NCBI GenBank assembly: GCA_964354495.1
Contig: CAYHAA010000035.1
Location: 1 to 10,606, forward strand
Length of the DNA: 10,606 nt
DNA from: an uncultured archaeon
GTDB lineage: Archaea > Asgardarchaeota > Thorarchaeia > Thorarchaeales > Thorarchaeaceae
Direction of reading: 5' to 3'
A program made the translations under genes and the position numbers. Below the pieces are notes generated by a model that searched no databases, was not told the origin of the DNA, and saw only the letters and a program-made list of their open reading frames with translations. Positions 6,997 through 10,606 of this stretch are shown one piece after another (within the stretch, counting starts at the first letter, position 1; each line of letters opens with the position of its first letter).

Positions 6997-7614
6997 ATGC
7001 AAAACACAGGTCATAGCCCCTATAATGTGACAAAAAGGGATGCAAAGAAGGTCATTGAAACCATGGTCCAGGCATTCTTTGATGACCCTCTATGGTGTCA
7101 TTTCTTTCCAGAACACAACAGCAGGTCAAGAGTCCTTCCGAGATTCTTCAACTACCGTGTTAGGAATGGTTTCATCGATGGGAAAATCTTTGCCACCTCT
7201 GAAAACATTGAGGGCGTTGTTATCCTTACACAATCGGAACGCAAGAAGTTTAGTTGGTTAAGGGCAATTAGAACTGGAGGGATCGGCCTGTATCGAGTAG
7301 CTGGGCCTGACGTTGTTAGAGAAATGCTAGAATTGGAGAGTTTTGTGGCCAGCAAGAGAGCTGAGTGTGTTTCTGAGCCCTATTGGTATCTAGGATCATT
7401 GGCAGTTCATCCAGATTATCAAGGGAAAGGTCTGGCCAGTAGACTCATTCGACCTGTACTCGAAATGTGCACATCACAAAACAGACTCTGCGTTCTGGAT
7501 ACTCAGAATGAACGTCTTGTACAAATGTACAAACATTATGGTTTCGATACTGTTGACTCATTCATGTTACCTGTGGTCAACATCCAACAATACATCATGG
7601 CCAGACAACCGTAG
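6997..7614 (+). CDS. GNAT-family N-acetyltransferase
   Basis: AFFDDPLW N-terminus, motif A YLGSLAVHPDYQGKGLASRLI, and motif B LDTQNE...MYKHYGF. Confidence 0.92.
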   Translation: MQNTGHSPYNVTKRDAKKVIETMVQAFFDDPLWCHFFPEHNSRSRVLPRFFNYRVRNGFIDGKIFATSENIEGVVILTQSERKKFSWLRAIRTGGIGLYRVAGPDVVREMLELESFVASKRAECVSEPYWYLGSLAVHPDYQGKGLASRLIRPVLEMCTSQNRLCVLDTQNERLVQMYKHYGFDTVDSFMLPVVNIQQYIMARQP

Positions 7615-7661
7615 TAATAGGGGACCTCTTCTCTACATTGCCAAAGAGAAAGACCGAGTAT

Positions 7662-7697
7662 GGAGAGTGTCCTGCGTATAGTTCCTTCGCATGAGGC
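7662..7697 (+). repeat. Dispersed repeat copy R5
   Basis: GGAGAGTGTCCTGCG followed by TATAGTTCCTTCGCATGAGGC (7677-7697), which matches 74-94 at 20/21 nt. Confidence 0.9.
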
Positions 7698-7818
7698 GCT
7701 ATCGCTCTTCTACACAAAGGATGGATTCAGACAGAAGCAAATGTGCCCCGCGTTGTTTCACTATTTGAGTATCCGGTATTGAGAAGAATTATCTGAGTGC
7801 TCATCGATACGGTACGAG

Positions 7819-8208
7819 GTGATTCTTGGAGTGAGCGGACCAGACCCCCGAAAGGTCGTCCTCAAGTATATCAAGGCAATCAATTCGCGAAACTCTGAAG
7901 CGCTCGTGGCGTTGCAAACCGAGGACTTCACCTTCATCAACTATGAGGGAGATGCCTACGTTGGTCGAGCTGGATGGCGTGACTACTTCACCGCATACCC
8001 GGAGTACAAGATACACGTGGATAGGCTCATCACCAGCGGGACTGGCGTTGCAATCATCGGGCGGACGACCGGCTGTCATGTTGGTCCGGAGGTCGAAGCA
8101 AGATGGACAGTGCTCTGGACTGCAGAGGTCAGACAGAATCTTATCGCTGAATGGCGTATCTACTCGGATGCTGAGGAGATCAGAGGGGCAATAGAAGCGG
8201 GACGGTGA
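7819..8208 (+). CDS. SnoaL-like / NTF2-fold protein
   Basis: V..YI.AIN..N...L..L..EDF..I...G....G...W..YF...P.Y......L pattern. GAGGTGAT at 7816-7823 suggests the real start is the in-frame GTG 7831. Confidence 0.8.
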   Translation: MILGVSGPDPRKVVLKYIKAINSRNSEALVALQTEDFTFINYEGDAYVGRAGWRDYFTAYPEYKIHVDRLITSGTGVAIIGRTTGCHVGPEVEARWTVLWTAEVRQNLIAEWRIYSDAEEIRGAIEAGR

Positions 8209-8323
8209 TGCCGGAGTTATCGAGACGATATCCACGTACCGTGAGAAGATCTGTAAGACAACGGCCCATGCGAATCCTCTATATGGCTAAGAATGAAACA
8301 CTCATTCTGCGAGAGATGGTGTA

Positions 8324-8887
8324 TTGGCTGATATTGACAAAAGTGCGAAGAAATCTGCATTTGCTATTGTCATTCTCAGGATTCTCTTGACACCTGCATT
8401 CTTCTATGCATTCATGTGGGACTTCACTGAGATTGCAGTCATTCTCTATCTTGCAGCATTTGCCTCTGATATTGTAGACGGCATCTTGGCAAGGAGGCAA
8501 GGAATAATCCCGTCATCGCCCGTCGAGGCCTATCTTGATCCTGTAGCTGATTTTGTGTTAATCTTCGCATCTTTCTATGTATTCTCTCTCAAACAGTTCT
8601 ACCCCTCTTGGATCTTGTTTGTATTTGTCCTCATGTTCCTATTCTTCATCATCTCGTCGAGCAAGAAAGAGCCCCTTTACGATCCTGTGGGAAAATACTA
8701 TGGAACATTTCTCATGACCACAATTGGAATCACTCTCTTCTTTCCAACAGAGCCTGTCTTCAATGGCGTTCTACTTCTCATCATTGGATATACAGCTGGC
8801 TTGGTCATCTATCGAGCAGTCTATCTCTGGAATAATCGAAAAGAAAATGAGGGTCTGAGGTTCTCTGAGGAAGTGAAGACAAGATAG
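8324..8887 (+). CDS. CDP-alcohol phosphatidyltransferase family protein
   Basis: SDIVDGILARR...EAYLDPVAD matches DxxDGxxAR...GxxxDxxxD except that G2 is E. Multiple TM helices; TTG start. Confidence 0.85.
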   Translation: MADIDKSAKKSAFAIVILRILLTPAFFYAFMWDFTEIAVILYLAAFASDIVDGILARRQGIIPSSPVEAYLDPVADFVLIFASFYVFSLKQFYPSWILFVFVLMFLFFIISSSKKEPLYDPVGKYYGTFLMTTIGITLFFPTEPVFNGVLLLIIGYTAGLVIYRAVYLWNNRKENEGLRFSEEVKTR

Positions 8888-8909
8888 GCAACAGTGTGAG
8901 TGAGACGCT

Positions 8910-9461
8910 ATGAACAAGAAACGAGTCTGCGGTCTGACGTGTATCATCGTCATTGCAGGACTGATAATCAGCGGAGTGATTATTGTCAACCTCAATAGTG
9001 TTGAGATAGTTCGGGATGTGGCAATCAACAATCCAGATGGGTCAACCGGCACGGCATTCGTGGTGTTCCGACCCGGAGTGACAGGTTTCAACGAGGCTGT
9101 GGTGAATGAATTCGTTCGCGGACTAGTAGACTCGGACTGGCGAGTGGAAGTGACCACGAGTTCATCGGTGACCCCCACAAATATGACTGGATATGACCTG
9201 ATTGTTCTAGGGAGCCCAACGAACGGGGCAAAACCACACGCATCGATGCTTGACTATCTCACACGTGTTGATTTTGGAGGAAGGCCTGTCGTGTTGATCC
9301 TTACGTCTGGTGGACTAGGTGGAGCTGGACTTGACCACTTCAGGAATGCAACTATCGACGCAAATGGCGTGGTCCTTAGTGCAATGCAATTCGCGATATA
9401 TGAGATGGATGCAGGAAGCAGAGCCTATACTGCTGGGACCGAGGTGTCGTTGGAACCATAG
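8910..9461 (+). CDS. Membrane-anchored flavodoxin-fold protein
   Basis: Basic N-terminus plus a single TM (CIIVIAGLIISGVIIV), then AFVVF.PG, YDLIVLGSPT and PVVLILTSGG flavodoxin-fold strands. It starts 22 nt after the previous stop, so co-transcription is likely. Confidence 0.7.
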   Translation: MNKKRVCGLTCIIVIAGLIISGVIIVNLNSVEIVRDVAINNPDGSTGTAFVVFRPGVTGFNEAVVNEFVRGLVDSDWRVEVTTSSSVTPTNMTGYDLIVLGSPTNGAKPHASMLDYLTRVDFGGRPVVLILTSGGLGGAGLDHFRNATIDANGVVLSAMQFAIYEMDAGSRAYTAGTEVSLEP

Positions 9462-9618
9462 TCTGAGTAGTCTGCACGTACATTGCAAACCCATGAACTG
9501 TTCTCTTCGACCGTGCCCCAAGGACTATTGCTGCTAAGATCCACTCAAGAACAACCGCTAATGGTCATAGTCCCTCATTCTGCTATTCGCTTGTCAATGA
9601 ACTATCTCAGGAATAAGG

Positions 9619-10431
9619 ATGATAGATCATTGCTTCGAAAGCAAGTCCCATAAGCAACATTCATCGAAATCCATCTCTATGGGCGTGACTACTCAGAATT
9701 ACTACGTTCAGAGGAAGGACTATTGGCTAAAATTCTACCATAGCATGGTCGATAATAAGAAGGTTCAACAACTCGTGCTGGAAAAATACCTTAGTCCTGA
9801 AAAGATCCCTGAAATGAAGTCAAGAATACAACAGCAATTTGAAGAATTACTACCACAGATTCCGGATTTTGGAAACAAGCGAATTAACCCCTTTTCCAGG
9901 GAAATGATTAGGACCGCTCTATCTCTAGTGTTCTATCGGGTCCTCAAAGCAGAGGGATTTCAATTACAGACGATCGGACAGATGCTGTATGAATTCGCTG
10001 ATGTCTATTATGGAAGTCTAAACCCGTTCATCAAATACCTCATGCGTCGGCCTTACTTCTCTTCGTATTTTCAAAAGAAGGCAAAGAACGCGTTAGAAAG
10101 ACGAAAAGCATCGGTTGATCCCGAGGACTATCATTGCGTTTTCGTTGAAGGTGATAAAGAAAATCTCCTCTTTGGCGTAGATTACACCAATTGTGGAGGT
10201 CTGAATTTCCTAAAGCATCAAAATGCTCTAGAGCTAGCACCTTACCTCTGTCTGTGCGACTACCCAATGTACAGGGCAATCAAAGTTGGTTTTAATCGTG
10301 CTGAGAATTTGGCGATTGGTGGGGCGAGGTGTGCCTTTCGTTTTTATCGTAGTTATCCAACATTGAAAGGCTGGCCACCCGAAGAAGTAAGTGAATACAA
10401 AGACTTCAATTTTGCTAAACAGAAACCATAG
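9619..10431 (+). CDS. L-2-amino-thiazoline-4-carboxylic acid (ATC) hydrolase family protein (V4R-like fold)
   Basis: FGVDYTNCG, LAPYLCLCDY and R..NLAIGGARCAFRF Cys motifs typical of the family. The real start may be ATG 9679 (MGVTTQNYY). Confidence 0.8.
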   Translation: MIDHCFESKSHKQHSSKSISMGVTTQNYYVQRKDYWLKFYHSMVDNKKVQQLVLEKYLSPEKIPEMKSRIQQQFEELLPQIPDFGNKRINPFSREMIRTALSLVFYRVLKAEGFQLQTIGQMLYEFADVYYGSLNPFIKYLMRRPYFSSYFQKKAKNALERRKASVDPEDYHCVFVEGDKENLLFGVDYTNCGGLNFLKHQNALELAPYLCLCDYPMYRAIKVGFNRAENLAIGGARCAFRFYRSYPTLKGWPPEEVSEYKDFNFAKQKP

Positions 10432-10470
10432 TTCTTGTGCGTTCCAACTCGGATGTCCGTTCAACGATAG

Positions 10471-10499
10471 GGAGAGTGGCCAATTCCTTCTTTGATGCT
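10471..10499 (+). repeat. Degenerate repeat copy R6
   Basis: GGAGAGTG (as in 5002-5009 and 7662-7669) followed by TTCCTTC-TTTGATGCT, compared with TTCCTTCGTATGAGGCT; 40 nt after the stop at 10431. Confidence 0.45.
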
Positions 10500-10606
10500 A
10501 GCATTCCCAATAGCATAGTCATTGCGCTCTTGCCCTCTTTCTCCCCCTCCTACCGTTCATTGTAAGTTGTACAATCTTGGACACCAGAGCGTTGTACCCC
10601 CAGGAA

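Noticed and set aside
5962-8235. Long antisense ORFs 5962-6519 and 7801-8235 (also 8771-9178 and 3845-4126)
   Set aside because: They are shadow frames opposite well-supported genes and show no recognisable motifs.
607-10431. TAG is the stop of 7 of 13 called ORFs (possible amber recoding)
   Set aside because: Small sample, proteins appear complete at the TAG, and no pyl genes are in the window.
47-10499. CRISPR array interpretation of the repeat
   Set aside because: Copies are 0.8-3.6 kb apart with whole genes between them, there are no regular 30-45-nt spacers, and no cas genes are present.
47-10499. Classical integron attC sites
   Set aside because: No RYYYAAC...GTTRRRY inverted core pairs bound the copies, genes are in mixed orientation, several appear to have their own TATA-like promoters, and no IntI is in the window.
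10515-10606. Possible minus-strand gene end (SWGYNALVSKIV...RGRKRARAQ*) and a pyrimidine tract resembling an inverted left arm of the repeat
   Set aside because: Truncated by the window edge, no recognisable motif, and no inverted repeat core accompanies the tract.

Overview
Archaeal-type accessory region, probably from an Asgard archaeon of the Thorarchaeota group (inferred from the surface protein's Ig-like repeat family and TATA-type promoters; not verified by search). It holds about 12 unrelated small genes in mixed orientation: a decayed YhhN-family gene, a 570-aa membrane-anchored surface protein with three Ig-like repeats, an orphan extracellular-type fragment, an ICMT/PEMT-family methyltransferase, two small membrane proteins, a flavodoxin, an atypical SDR/epimerase, a GNAT, a SnoaL/NTF2-like protein, a CDP-alcohol phosphatidyltransferase, a membrane-anchored flavodoxin-like protein and an ATC-hydrolase-family protein. 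No integrase, transposase, rRNA, tRNA or CRISPR array is visible. The main unexplained structure is a dispersed intergenic repeat, core TATAGTTCCTTCGTATGAGGCTC(TGT), often preceded by a GGAGAGTG/GAGGTG box. It occurs in 5 clear and 3 degenerate copies, all on the + strand and all between genes. It carries a small hairpin with compensatory stem changes, and a 9-bp direct repeat adjacent to two copies brackets the GNAT gene. The best hypothesis is a cassette-boundary or REP/MITE-like site of unknown type; a 3'-UTR or terminator element is the alternative.
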